Origin: an uncultured delta proteobacterium
GTDB lineage: Bacteria; Myxococcota_A; Polyangia; Haliangiales; Haliangiaceae
DNA length: 64,000 nt
Reading direction: 5' to 3'
Assembly: GCA_963743525.1 (NCBI GenBank)
Contig: CAVUQH010000003.1
Location: 736,001-800,000 of the forward strand
Under the pieces are notes generated by a model that saw only the letters and a list, made by a program, of their open reading frames with translations, was not told the DNA's origin and searched no databases. Positions 1-10,228 of the stretch are shown one piece after another. The translations under genes were made by a program, and so were the position numbers. Positions within the stretch are counted from its first letter, which is position 1, and every line of letters starts with the position of its first letter.

Positions 1-455
1 TGCCCGAGCGCGACCGCAACCCCGCTCGGCGAGCCGGCAACTGCGACGGGGCCGTTCTGATGGCGCAACGGCGTCTTGCGGTCGGCGCGCCCCAGCGCCA
101 CGGTCCCTCGGGTTGCGCGAATGCGAACCGGCGCACCTCCAGCCCACGCCAGGCTGTCGACCGCTTCCTCAAACGTGGCGGCCCCAGCGAGCTTCGCCGC
201 TGGATTCGCGGCGGGCGCGACGCTGGCCGTGCGGGCGCGGTGGGGCGGGTGATGAGATGAGGCGCTGGTTGCCTGCTTCTTCTCGCGCGGTGGCGAGCTG
301 CACGCGACCACGAACGCAGACACCACCGCGCCCGCCCTACACACCGCCTCCGGCCGCGCTCGGTCGTGGCACGCTGTGAGTATACGGGGCTACGGGGCGG
401 GCGGTTTGGGAGCTTTGCAGGGGTAGAACGGCGCTCGCGTGCTAGGCTCGACGTG

Positions 456-689
456 ATGGACAAGGTGTTCACCTGGACCACGCCCGAAGAGGCAGTCAAG
501 CGCGAAGGGGCGTATTGGCTGGGTCGTCCAGTGGAAGATCGGGTCTCAGCCGTCGAGACCATCCGCGAGGCGACGATTGGCATCTACGATGAGACTCCCG
601 CCCGACTGGAGCGAGTTTATCGAGTTGTTGAGCACCCATGGCGTGCGATTCCTAATCGTCGGGGCGCACGCCTTGGCGGCTCACGGTAG
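456..689 (+). CDS. small protein overlapping the downstream nucleotidyltransferase (putative TA partner)
   Basis: ATG 456, MDKVFTWTTPEEAVKREGAYWLGRPVEDRVSAVETIRE...RLERVYRVVE; overlaps the NTase start by ~100 nt. Confidence 0.55.
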   Translation: MDKVFTWTTPEEAVKREGAYWLGRPVEDRVSAVETIREATIGIYDETPARLERVYRVVEHPWRAIPNRRGARLGGSR

Positions 690-1044
690 GCCCCGCGCTA
701 CTCAGGACCTGGACGTCTTCGTCGAGGCGACGGAAGAGAACGCGCGTCGCCTCGGTGGCGCTCTGCGCGCCTTTGGCTTTCCGACGCTCGCGGATGCCTG
801 TGACCAGTTTGCCGAGACCGATCGCATGGCCACGCTTGGGAGTCCGCCGCTACAAATCGACATCGTCAATCACATCACTGGCGTGTCGTTCGAGGAGGCC
901 TGGCAAGGCCGAATGACCGCCCGCTTCGGGACGCACGAGATTGGATTCTTGGGCCGGCGCGAGTTTCTGATGAACAAGCGAGCCTCCGGACGGCCCAAGG
1001 ACCTGGCAGACATCGCGCTGCTGGAAGAGATCGACGAGTCGTAG
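589..1044 (+). CDS. minimal nucleotidyltransferase (DUF6036-like)
   Basis: FLIVGAHALAAHGRPRATQDLDVFV (G-x-A ... R-x-T-x-D-x-D motif); C-terminal NKRASGRPKDLADI. Confidence 0.8.
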   Translation: MRLPPDWSEFIELLSTHGVRFLIVGAHALAAHGRPRATQDLDVFVEATEENARRLGGALRAFGFPTLADACDQFAETDRMATLGSPPLQIDIVNHITGVSFEEAWQGRMTARFGTHEIGFLGRREFLMNKRASGRPKDLADIALLEEIDES

Positions 1045-1259
1045 CGGCCATCGCCGGCCGGACGAACGTCAGCTTGGTTGACCGACAGTCCCCACGAGCG
1101 CGCCCCGAAACGGCCGGTGAGATCCTGTCTCGACCGGCCGTCTGCGCTGGAGCGGGATCAGGGCAAAGATGGGAAACCCGTGTCGCATGGTCGTCCTGCC
1201 ACCCTGGCGGGCCGAGCCGGTCGGGTTGGCGAGCAGCACGCACTGGTGCTCGCGACAGC

Positions 1260-1520
1260 GCGCGCCCAGGGTGGTCGCTGAGCTCGACCGGTCGCGGATC
1301 GCCGGTGCACACGTGGCAGTTGTCGAGGCCGAAGCTGCCCCCGAAGGCCATCGGCTCCTCGTCGACCAGGGCGCGGAGCGCGAACGCCAGGGTCAGGCCG
1401 CAGGCGTCGATCTGTTGCACGGCGCAGTCGTCGTCGCGCTCGCTCCAGTTGGTGCAGGTCTCGCGCAGGTTGTGGTCGAGGAACTCGAGGTAGCGGCCGC
1501 GCACCCGACCACAGGTAGGC
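1260..1520 (-). pseudogene. possible gene fragment abutting the repeat cluster
   Basis: Minus-strand frame YLEFLDHNLRETCTNWSERDDDCAVQQIDACG... has host-like C/G-ending codons but no start; function unknown. Confidence 0.3.
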
Positions 1521-1536
1521 TCGTCGGCGGGCGAAA

Positions 1537-1837
1537 GAGATCCGTCCGGGGTTCGCGCGCGAAGAGATCCGTCCGGGGTTCGCGCGCGTGCGCATCGACG
1601 GTCATCAGCGGAAAGAGATCCATCCGGAAGAGATCCGTCCGGGGTTCGCGGGAAGAGAAGAGATCCGTCCGGGGTTCGCGCGCGTGCGCATCGACGGTCA
1701 TCAGCGCGGCATGCGGAACCACCCGCGGAGAGATCCGTCCGGGAAGAGATCCGTCCGGGGTTCGCGCGTGAGAGATCCGTCCGGGGTTCGCGCGCGTGCG
1801 CATCGACGGTCATCAGCGCGGCATGCGGAACCACCCG
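1537..1837 (+). repeat. REP-like repeat cluster, 8 copies of GAGATCCGTCCGG(GGTTCGCG) with a longer interspersed unit
   Basis: Copies start near 1537, 1564, 1615 (variant), 1630, 1660, 1730, 1746, 1772; GCGTGCGCATCGACGGTCATCAGCG occurs 3 times. Confidence 0.85.
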
Positions 1838-2004
1838 TACCTGATGGCATCGCCCGCCAGCGCGACGAGGGCGTGTTGTCGTTCTCGGCGCCGGGACGTC
1901 CGGCGGGGCGGACAGTTTGCAGGGCGATCGGCCGCGCCGGGCGAGCGTGTGCGGCACGCACCGTCGCCGGTCGTTGCGGCCAAGGGGCGATGCGGGACGG
2001 ACCT

Positions 2005-2892
2005 CTAGCCAGGGACGTAGTCGGCTATCGTGATTCCAGGGACCCTGGACAGCGCGTTGGTGCCAGCCGGGAAGACCACAGAGGTTTCGCCGCCCAGCCA
2101 GCGCCGACGCGCGTCTGCGTAGCGGGCCCAGAAGGTGCGCATGGAGGTGAGCGTTGCGAGAAACACCTCGCGGATGACGCCTGCGACGCGGGGGCGACGC
2201 CGCGGGCGCGGCTCAGGGCTGCTGGGCTGCGAGAACGGATCCTGCGCAAGCACCTCCGCGAGGCCCAGGAACGGGCCGTCGGTGCGGTTCTCGACGGCGG
2301 TGATGCTCTCGCGGAGACCCGCAATGAGTTCGGGAAGCGAGCGGCGTTCGAGGGCCTGGGCCGGAGGCACGATGGAGAGCTCGAGAACCTCGGGGGCGGG
2401 CCCGTTGGAGCTGAAGTAGACCGGCGGTCGCTCGATCGGCAGGCTGGTTCCGATCCGCTCGGGTCCGAGGCAGACGCCCGGCCACTTATCGACGGCGGCG
2501 ACCAGTCTGGCGGTGACCGGATTGGTCAGGACGTAGACCATCTTGGCAATGATCGTTTCGTCATCCGGCAGCTCAATGCAGCTTGGCTCGTCGTTCGTCC
2601 ACATGTTCTCTCCGCGCTTGCGCAACGTGTTGGTGCACTTGCTGACAAGCAGATGAGCACGGTGCATGAAGTCAGAGACGTATCCGTGTGGATCCGTGAC
2701 GATGACGTGCCAGTGGTTCGACATGGCGCAAACCGCGTGCACCTGCATACCGAACACGTGGGCGGCATAGGCCAGGCAGTACAGGATGATCTGATTGATG
2801 AGCGCGCTGGGCGCGAGGAAGAAGCGGCGCTCCGAGCAGCGACGGGAGATGAAGTAGGTGGTGCCGGGCAGCGCGCGGCGAGGTTTGGACAT
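2005..2892 (-). CDS. REP-associated tyrosine transposase (RAYT / Y1 HUH family)
   Basis: PGTTYFISRRCSERRFFL...HAVCAMSNHWHVIVTD (HUH), YVLTNPV (catalytic Tyr), flanked by inverted repeat clusters. Confidence 0.85.
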   Translation of the reverse strand: MSKPRRALPGTTYFISRRCSERRFFLAPSALINQIILYCLAYAAHVFGMQVHAVCAMSNHWHVIVTDPHGYVSDFMHRAHLLVSKCTNTLRKRGENMWTNDEPSCIELPDDETIIAKMVYVLTNPVTARLVAAVDKWPGVCLGPERIGTSLPIERPPVYFSSNGPAPEVLELSIVPPAQALERRSLPELIAGLRESITAVENRTDGPFLGLAEVLAQDPFSQPSSPEPRPRRRPRVAGVIREVFLATLTSMRTFWARYADARRRWLGGETSVVFPAGTNALSRVPGITIADYVPG

Positions 2893-2997
2893 GCGCTTGT
2901 CTAGGGCAAGCACTGTTCCAGCTCTAACGACTTGATTGCTCGTCGAGGCTGTCCGGCATGTCGGACGAGTGGCTACCGCCGTGGTCAGGTCATTTGT

Positions 2998-3036
2998 CGA
3001 ACCCCGGACGGATCTCTCCGGGACGGATCTCTCGGA
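2998..3036 (-). repeat. inverted copies of the REP-like motif upstream of RAYT
   Basis: CGAACCCCGGACGGATCTC (2998-3016) is the reverse complement of GAGATCCGTCCGGGGTTCG; partial second copy 3018-3031. Confidence 0.85.
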
Positions 3037-3347
3037 TGCAGCTCCGTTTCCTGTACGGCCTGGCTCGCTTCGACAGAGAGTGAACTGTAGGCACGGCTAC
3101 GTTTTCCCCTGACGTTGCAGGCCTGTTGGGGCAGGTGGGGCATTGGCGCCGCCTTCGTGGTCGATGGCGCGCTTGCGGCACGTGAAAATTTCGGGTCAGG
3201 CTGGCGCTCTGGTGACTGGTGGGCCAGTGGCGCGCGGGTCGGCGGTCTCGAGCCGATCGAGTTGGGCAACGAGCGCGATGGTCCGGGGCACCTGCCTTCA
3301 ACCCCACGGCGGAATTGGTGCAGTTCTTTGCTGCACGGATTGGAATC

Positions 3348-3656
3348 GGCCGCCTGCGCGCCACGCTGAGCAGCCTGTACAAGGCGTGGCGCAAGTGCGC
3401 CGACCAGGCCGGGGTGGACAAGCGGTTCACGGTCCACGGGATGCGGTACACGTTCAATGATCTGGTCCGCCGGGCAAAGGTCGACGCCGTCATTCGGCGC
3501 TCGCTGACCGGGCACGTCACCGAGGAGATGCAGCGGCACTACTCGGACGTCGGGCTAGACGAAAAGCGGGCGGCAACTGCCGGTGTGATCCGGTTGGTTC
3601 CCACCTCAGTCGCCGAAAGTGTGAACGCAGGTGTGAACGGGTCCCGAAACGACTGA
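3348..3656 (+). pseudogene. C-terminal remnant of tyrosine integrase (older tandem island)
   Basis: [22 protein letters not shown]...[24 protein letters not shown], closely similar to the C-terminus of the integrase at 19773-20982; N-terminus absent. Confidence 0.85.
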
Positions 3657-3690
3657 CGGCCGGTGAGACCGTTACTCTCAACCGACCGTC
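3655..3690. terminator. hairpin between integrase stop and tRNA 3' fragment
   Basis: GACGG-CCGGT-GAGA...TCTC-A-ACCGA-CCGTC imperfect stem; same position as the hairpin at 20981-21014. Confidence 0.5.
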
Positions 3691-3705
3691 TTTGCTGCGC
3701 TTGGC

Positions 3706-3750
3706 TGGAGCGGGATATGGGACTCGAACCCACGACGTTCAGCTTGGGAA
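3706..3750 (-). repeat. duplicated 3' half of tRNA-Gly(CCC), att site
   Basis: Reverse complement TTCCCAAGCTGAACGTCGTGGGTTCGAGTCCCATATCCCGCTCCA, anticodon loop to CCA; direct repeat of 21033-21078. Confidence 0.9.
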
Positions 3751-4136
3751 TTACGTAGCTAGCTTGGACATCACTGGGGAAACCCAGACCTATCAACCAC
3801 TTGATGCAACGTGGCGCCTCACGGCAACTCCTGTCGTCACACATCGAGGGGGACTTTTTGGGGCAGGTGCGTGCCGCTTGGCTGCAGGGTTCGAACACCT
3901 GAGCGCCAGATGCTCCGGCGGAGGAGGTGCGGAGCGGAAGCAACACAAGTGAAGGGAGCCGTCAACCGGTAGGCAGATTTCTGACTTTACAGGTAGGTGC
4001 TGGAAACGCGAAGGTCGCGTTGCCGGACGGGCCCAAGACTTACGGTCCTGCCCGCACCTCGCCGCATGCCTGTTCACCCTAGCCAGGTTACCGACCGCGC
4101 CTTGAGTTACCATAGGCCAACGAGTTGGGGGATGGG

Positions 4137-4689
4137 ATGGACGAAAGCGAGCTGGAGAATCTAAGTAGCGCCTTCAACGAGGAGCTCGGCTATCGGATTC
4201 AATCCAAGGCAGGTGGCACGGGGATCCTCTCGAAGATCAATTCCGAGTTCGTTCAGCATCTCGGAGAAGGCCAGGTTGACGAGGATGGCGAGCCCGCTGA
4301 CGGCGCGGCCATCGAAGCGGCCATGACGTTCCGACGGGAGCCATTGGAGGAAGGCGACGCCGACGCATTCATGGCGGAGATCGAGCGCGCCGGAACGGAA
4401 CTTGGTCAGAAAATTCGTCAAACGTTTCTACGAAGAGGTAGACCGGGTCTGTGAAGAGTCGGGCATGACGTTTGATGCAAAGGGGAAGGGACTGACTCCC
4501 GAGCTGTTCTACGCCATGTTCGAAAGAATTGAGATTCCGTTCGATGAACAAGGCAAGCCGATCATGCCGACATTGGTCTTCAACCCCGCACAGATTGAGA
4601 AGGTCAAGGAAATCCTCAGTCGCCCGGAGGTCCAGGTGCGCATCGACGCGATCATCATGCGCAAATGGTTCGAGAAGTACTCGACATGA
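4137..4689 (+). CDS. ~183 aa hypothetical protein with capsid-like (HK97/Mu gpT) patterning; one frameshift near 4410
   Basis: ORFs 4125-4454 and 4402-4689 join by removing one A from AAAA at 4410-4413 (...TELGQKFVKRFY...); stop overlaps the next ATG (ATGA 4686-4689). Confidence 0.7.
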
Positions 4690-6607
4690 GCTCAAGACAT
4701 GCCCTCATTGTGGCGGTTGCGAAGTTCGACGCCTCCAATCTTGGCGATTTGCCGGGCGTGACGGTCAACGGCGAACGGATGAAAGCGTTTTGCGAGGATC
4801 CGGCCAAAGGTGCGTTCGACACGGTACGGCTACTCAAAGACGCTTCTTTGGTGGAAATCCGAGCAGCTCTTGCCGACCTGTTCAAACCGTAGGAGCCGCT
4901 GATAACGGTTTCGCGTTCGTCTACGTGGCAAGCCACGGGTTGACAGCGGGACCGAACGGACTGTGGATCGCAACCAAAGACTCCCGTGTGGACCGGCGGT
5001 CAACGACCATGCTGTCCGCAGAGCATCTGGCCGAGCTCATCGAGGAACATCGGCCTGCCACGAGCACAATAGTCATCGATGCTTGTGAGGCTGGAGGACA
5101 CTCTTCTAGTGCGGCCGCTATGGCCCGCGACAAGTTGTGGCGCGACCTGGAAGCTCAGAATGACACGGCGGAGGGACACTTCTTCATCGTCGCCTGTGGC
5201 ACGCGTGAGACGGCCGGCGAAGATGCATCGGGTGGTGAGTTCACAAGCGTGCTGCTCGACTGTACGGAGAAACTGGGGCAGGAGAATCCCGAACTCGAGT
5301 GGTTGCCAGCAGAGTTGGTTGCTAGCGCGGTTATCAAGCAAGCGGCGGAGCGTGGCATATCGCAGACTCCGGAATGGACCGGGCTTGCTGTTTCAGTCGC
5401 AGTGCCGTTCTGCCGAAACTATGACTACGACGACGAAGCGCCCCTTTCGCATCGGAGCATTTCCACGCGCTCTCTCCCCGACAAGGCTCGTAAACAGTCG
5501 CTCGGTGCTATTCGCCTGCACTGGAACGCAGTGAACCTCGTAGGGACTGGCACACCGTGGCTTGGCGCTGCGCGTGAGGCGATTGCGCGCGCCTCGGAGG
5601 TCCTCGACCCTGGTGAAGCGGTATCGTTCTTCGGCCAGGCTGCCACCAGTATCTGGGAGCGCGTGTCGTTCGTTGACACGGCCAACGATCGCGCTCAGTT
5701 CGCGAGATACGGTCAGTTTGTGCTAGTTGAGGCCGGTCGGAAGAGAATCCTGGATTCGTTGGCGGCTGACGCCCTGCTCCAGTGTCTGTCCGATCTAGCA
5801 CCGAAGGTCGCCGATGACATTGACAACTGGTTGTCCAATCACGGTTGGTTTAGCCAGGGCGATGGTCCCGCTGGCGTAGCGACTACAACGATTCGTTTCT
5901 GGGACGCGCTTGGCGGTGCGGCATTTCTCTCAGTGGTGTCGAAGAGCCTTGCTTCTGCTGCAGCCGAACCGCTTCGCGACGCGGTACTGCGGGCCGTCGA
6001 ACAGAATCCGCGGCTCCACCGCTTCGTCTGGATGGGGTCGTACAGCGACATTTCTCTCGCACTCGCGCTTGCAGCGACGAAGACCCCAGAAGTCGCCAAA
6101 GCAGCGAGTACGGGCATGTTTGCACGTAGCCTGCGCGACTACTCAGAAGGGCGCGCGCCGATTCCGAGCCACCTGAGAGGACGGGACTTGGGCCGCGCGT
6201 TGGCGCAGCGACAACTTGATCCGGGAACGGCACCCAAGTGGTCTGACGAAGGATTTGGCTGCTGCCTCCGCATCATGCAGCTGGCGGGTGTTTCCGATAT
6301 CGATCGGAACGCGGAGTCTTCGAAACTCACCACAGTTTCGCTGCCGTCGCTCGCCTATTACCGCCCGACATCCGAAGCTGCCCAGTTCCGACAGGTCATG
6401 AGAGTTCGCGAGCCAGTGAGCTTTCCGGCTACGAGCCCAGGTGTCTCGCAGCTCTTGGCGGCCATCGATGGGGATACGTCGCCGGTCACGGAGCAAGGTG
6501 ACAAAGGCCTGCGGCAGGTCGTCCACGCGGCCGCAGCTGCCGGTGTCTATCGAAACCGTTCTGGTGTCGGTGCATCCTCCGCGCTATTGACGTTATGGGG
6601 ACCCTAG
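4686..6607 (+). CDS. caspase-like protease (peptidase C14) with long C-terminal helical region; one frameshift near 4887
   Basis: RHALIVAV...DLPGV; FVYVASHG (His) and IVIDACEAGG (Cys); ACG...AGE...GGEFT...QTP; adding one A at the AAA run joins the frames. Confidence 0.85.
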
Positions 6608-7133
6608 GGAGCGGTGGCGGAGTCAGGCGCACAGGCGGCACTCCGCGGATACCGTCTGCAAGCATTATTCACGCTTGACAGAGTACTCGGCTACGATCAC
6701 GACGCAGCCTTCCAACTAGAAGGCCGAGAGGACCTGGACATTCTCCAGGACGGTGCTCTGACGGAGATTATCCAGGTCAAAGCTCTCGACCACCCACTGA
6801 CACTCTCGGATCTGTCACCGAAGAAGACGCGCTCCTTCTTTCGACGAGTGCTAGATCGAGGGTCACAACAGTCTGCTGCCGTTGTCGAGGAGATTCTCGC
6901 GTGTTTTTCGGGTTCGGTCCCACGGTCGCCACGGCTTTTGAGTCCGATGGCGCGGAGCGAGCGGCGGCAGTCGCGAAACTTCAGGGCTGGGGTTACAGCG
7001 CCGAGGATGCTCGATCTTTGATCGCGACCATTCGGTTGCGCACGCCCGACCTCAAGCGACACCCGAAAAGCGGCCAGTTGTGGACACGTCAAAACCGGCC
7101 AGTTGGCGGAGGCGAGACGTCGTCGGTGATGGG

Positions 7134-7206
7134 TTAGCGCGCGGGCTGCGCCTTGGGCAAGTTCGCGGCGTTCATTCGGTAGCTGCGCGGTCCGGTCTTG
7201 AGCAGG
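7134..7206 (-). pseudogene. istB: detached 3' end of outer istB
   Basis: Reads LLKTGPRSYRMNAANLPKAQPAR*, continuing ...ILHRAH from 10229. Confidence 0.85.
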
Positions 7207-7346
7207 TGTCAGTGGTCGCCTAGAAACGCGGGATTTCGGACCGGCTTAGCCGCGGCAGTCCGGAAAGTGGCGTTCAGCGACGTGGCCGCGTAAGACGCGC
7301 GTCCTCCCAAAGAGCGAAAGCCCGGAGCGGCAATCTCCGAGCTTTC

Positions 7347-7922
7347 ATGTCGCGACACCGAGCCGTGGTGCTGCAGACGCAGCGTTCGTCGCATGGCGCG
7401 GTGATCGGGTCCAGTTTCGGGACAAGGACCTGTCGCCGAGCCGTGGAATCGCTTCGTTTTGTCCAGTGTGCGCAGGGCGCATGCGGTGCGGTGTTCTATC
7501 TGTGCCGGCGCCACGATCGAGGTCAGCGCTACTGCTCGGAGGCCTGCCGGGTGGCGGCGCGTCGAGCATCGGTGCGGGACGCGCGGCGGCGGCACCAGCG
7601 CAGCCGCGAGGGCCGGATGGATCACGCCGACCGGCAGCGGGTGTATCGGGAGCGCGTGATGGATCAGGGTCCCCAAAAAGTTGCCCACGCCCTACATCGG
7701 AGCGCGGTCAACGCCGCTGGTACCGCGGAGGTTCCAGACGCGGTCGGCCAGGAGGACTCCGATGCAGAGAGCGAAGGCGGCGAGGCCGCTATCACCGAGA
7801 CCGGCCGACCACGCTGCGCCGTTTGCCGCATGCACTCGCCGTGGGTGCGTCATGCGTTCGTGTCGCGTCACCGCCGCCGCGGCCGCGGGGCACGCGCGCC
7901 GTGCGCGCCGGCACCGCCGTGA
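7347..7922 (+). CDS. IS21 passenger ORF, Cys-rich putative zinc-binding protein
   Basis: CAQGACGAVFYLCRRHDRGQRYCSEAC followed by an Arg-rich helix; C-terminal CAVC. Confidence 0.65.
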   Translation: MSRHRAVVLQTQRSSHGAVIGSSFGTRTCRRAVESLRFVQCAQGACGAVFYLCRRHDRGQRYCSEACRVAARRASVRDARRRHQRSREGRMDHADRQRVYRERVMDQGPQKVAHALHRSAVNAAGTAEVPDAVGQEDSDAESEGGEAAITETGRPRCAVCRMHSPWVRHAFVSRHRRRGRGARAPCAPAPP

Positions 7923-7937
7923 TCTGGTGGTGTCGCG

Positions 7938-9450
7938 ATGATCGATGCGGAGCTGTTCGCGCGGATTCGCCGCCTGTACTTCGCCGAGCACTGGCGGGTG
8001 GGCACCATCGCCACCGAGCTGGGCGTTCACCACGACACGGTCGAGCGCGCCATCGGCGCCGAGCGATTCGGCCCCAGCCCGCGGCCCATCCGGCCGACGC
8101 TGCTCGATCCGTTCAAGGCCTTCATCCGGCAGACGCTCGAGCGGCACCCGCGGCTGCGCGCGAGCCGGCTCCACGCGATGCTTCGCGAGCGCGGCTATCC
8201 GGGCTCCGAGTGCAGGTGCGCCGCTACGTCGCGACGGTGCGCCCCCGCCAGACCGAGGCGTACCTGCGTCTCGAGACGATGCCCGGCGAGCAGGGCCAGG
8301 TCGACTGGGGGCACTTCGGCAAGCTCACGATCGGCGCCGCGCGCCGGCCGCTCGTTTGCTTCGTGGTGGTGCTGTCGTACTCGCGCGCGATGTACGCGCG
8401 CTTCACGCTCGACCAGGGCATGGAGAGCTTCCTGCGCGGCCACATCGAAGCGTTCGAGGCACTCGGCGGCGTGCCGCGCCAGTTGCTCTACGACAATCTC
8501 AAGAGCGTCGTCCTCGATCGCGTCGGCAACGACGTGCGCTTTCACCCGCGCATCCTCGAGCTCGCCGGCCACTACCACTTCGCGCCGCTGCCGTGCGCGC
8601 CGTATCGCGGCAACGAGAAGGGCAAGGTCGAGCGCACAATCCAGTATCTGCGTCATGCGTTCTTCGCCGCGCGCTCGTTCGCCTCCGTCGACGATCTCAA
8701 TCGCCAGCTCGCCGACTGGATTGCCGGCATCGCCCACGCTCGCGCCGTGCCCGGCGACCCCGAGCGGCGCTCCGTCGCCGACATGCTCGCGCTCGAGCAG
8801 CCGCGCCTTCTGCCGCTGCCCGACAAGCGCTTCGAGACCGACCACGTGCGTGCGGTCACCTCAGGCAAGCAGCCCTACGTCCGCTTCGATCGCAACGACT
8901 ACTCGATCCCGCACGAGCTCGTCCGCGTGCCGGTCACCCTCATCGCGTCCGAGCGCGAGATTCGCATCGCCGACGCCACCGGCGCCGTCGTCGCGCACCA
9001 GCTCGCTACTGGGGTCGTCGCGAAGTGATCGAGGACCCGGCCCACATCGCGCGGCTGGCCAAGGACAAGCGCCGCGCGCGCGAGCTGCGCGGCCGCGACC
9101 GCCTGCGCCGCGTGTGTCCGGCGGCCGACCGATTCCTCGACGCGCCGCCCAGCGCGGCGAGCCGCTCAGCAGTCAGCCGCGCGCCTGCTCCGCCTGCTCG
9201 ACGCCTACGGCGCCGCCGACCTCGACGCCGCGATGGCCGACGCCCTCGCGCGCGGCGCCGTCTCCGCCGCCTCGGTCGCCCACATCCTCGACCAGCGTGC
9301 GCGGGCAGGGGCGCGCCGCCGCCGATCGACGTCGTCTTGCCCGACGACCCGCGCGTGCGCGACCTGCGCGTCACGCCCCACGCGCTCAGCCACTACGACG
9401 CGCTCTCGCCCACGACGACCGAAAGGACCACGATGAGACCCACTCGCTGA
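7938..9450 (+). CDS. istA: IS21 transposase IstA (inner element), frameshifted
   Basis: N-terminal HTH ([20 protein letters not shown]), [35 protein letters not shown]; several indels. Confidence 0.9.
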
Positions 9451-10185
9451 CGACCTCGCGCGCTCGGCCTCCGCCACGCCGCCGATCAGCCTCGACGACC
9501 TCGTCGCCACGGCGACCAAGAAGCGGCTCGGCCACCTCGAGCTCCTCGAGCACATCGCGACGTCGAGAGCGAGGACCGCGCGCGCCGCAGCCTCGAGCGC
9601 CGCATGCTCGCGCGCGCCTCGGCCGCTTCAAGCCGATCGCCGACTTCGACTGGGACTGGCCCAAGCGCATCGACCGCGACGCCGTCGACGCGTCCTCCGC
9701 CTCGAATTCCTCGACCGCGCCCGCAACATCGTCCTCGTCGCGCCGCAGGGCCTCGGCAAGACCATGATCGCGCGGAACATCGCCCACCAGGCCGTCCAGG
9801 CCGGCCACTCCGTCCTCTTCGTCACCGCCGCCCAGCTCCTGCTCGACCTCGCCGCCCAGGACTCGGCCCGCGCCCTCGAGCGCCGTTTCCGCCACTACTG
9901 CCGGCCCGCGCTCTCGTCCTCGACGAGATCGGCTACCTGTCCTACGACACCCGCAACGCCGACCTCCTCTTCCAGATCATCAGCCGCCGCTACGAGCACA
10001 AGAGCATCGTCATGACCACCAACCTCGCCTTCAGCGACTGGCCGACGATCTTCCCCAACGCCACCTGCGCCACCGCCCTCATCGACCGCATCGTCCACCA
10101 CGCCGACGTCATCGCCATCGAAGGCGACAGCTACCGCCGCCGCGAGGCCGAGGCCGACAAGAAGACCCGCCGCTCCAAGCGCTGA
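9433..10185 (+). CDS. istB: IS21 helper ATPase IstB (inner element), frameshifted
   Basis: [15 protein letters not shown] (Walker A), [32 protein letters not shown]. Confidence 0.9.
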
Positions 10186-10228
10186 CCTATCCGGTTCGGA
10201 TTTCCGCGTTTCCAGGTGAACGCCAACA

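Larger units (their letters stand above)
7207..10228 (+). mobile_element. inner IS21-family element, 3022 bp
   Basis: TG...CA ends: TGTCAGTGGTCGCCTAGAAACGCGG vs TGTTGGCGTTCACCTGGAAACGCGG (rc); 5-bp duplication GCAGG at 7202-7206 and 10229-10233. Confidence 0.92.

Noticed and set aside
1537..1837. Possible CRISPR array
   Set aside because: Spacing is irregular, intervening sequences are themselves repeated, there are no cas genes, and the motif recurs inverted on the other side of a RAYT transposase.
3706..3750. Second functional tRNA-Gly
   Set aside because: Only the anticodon loop to CCA is present; the 5' acceptor strand and D arm are missing.
3771..3781. TCACTGGGGAA also present at 21132-21142 near the tRNA promoter
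   Set aside because: An 11-bp match at different offsets from the att core; chance cannot be excluded and no function is supported.
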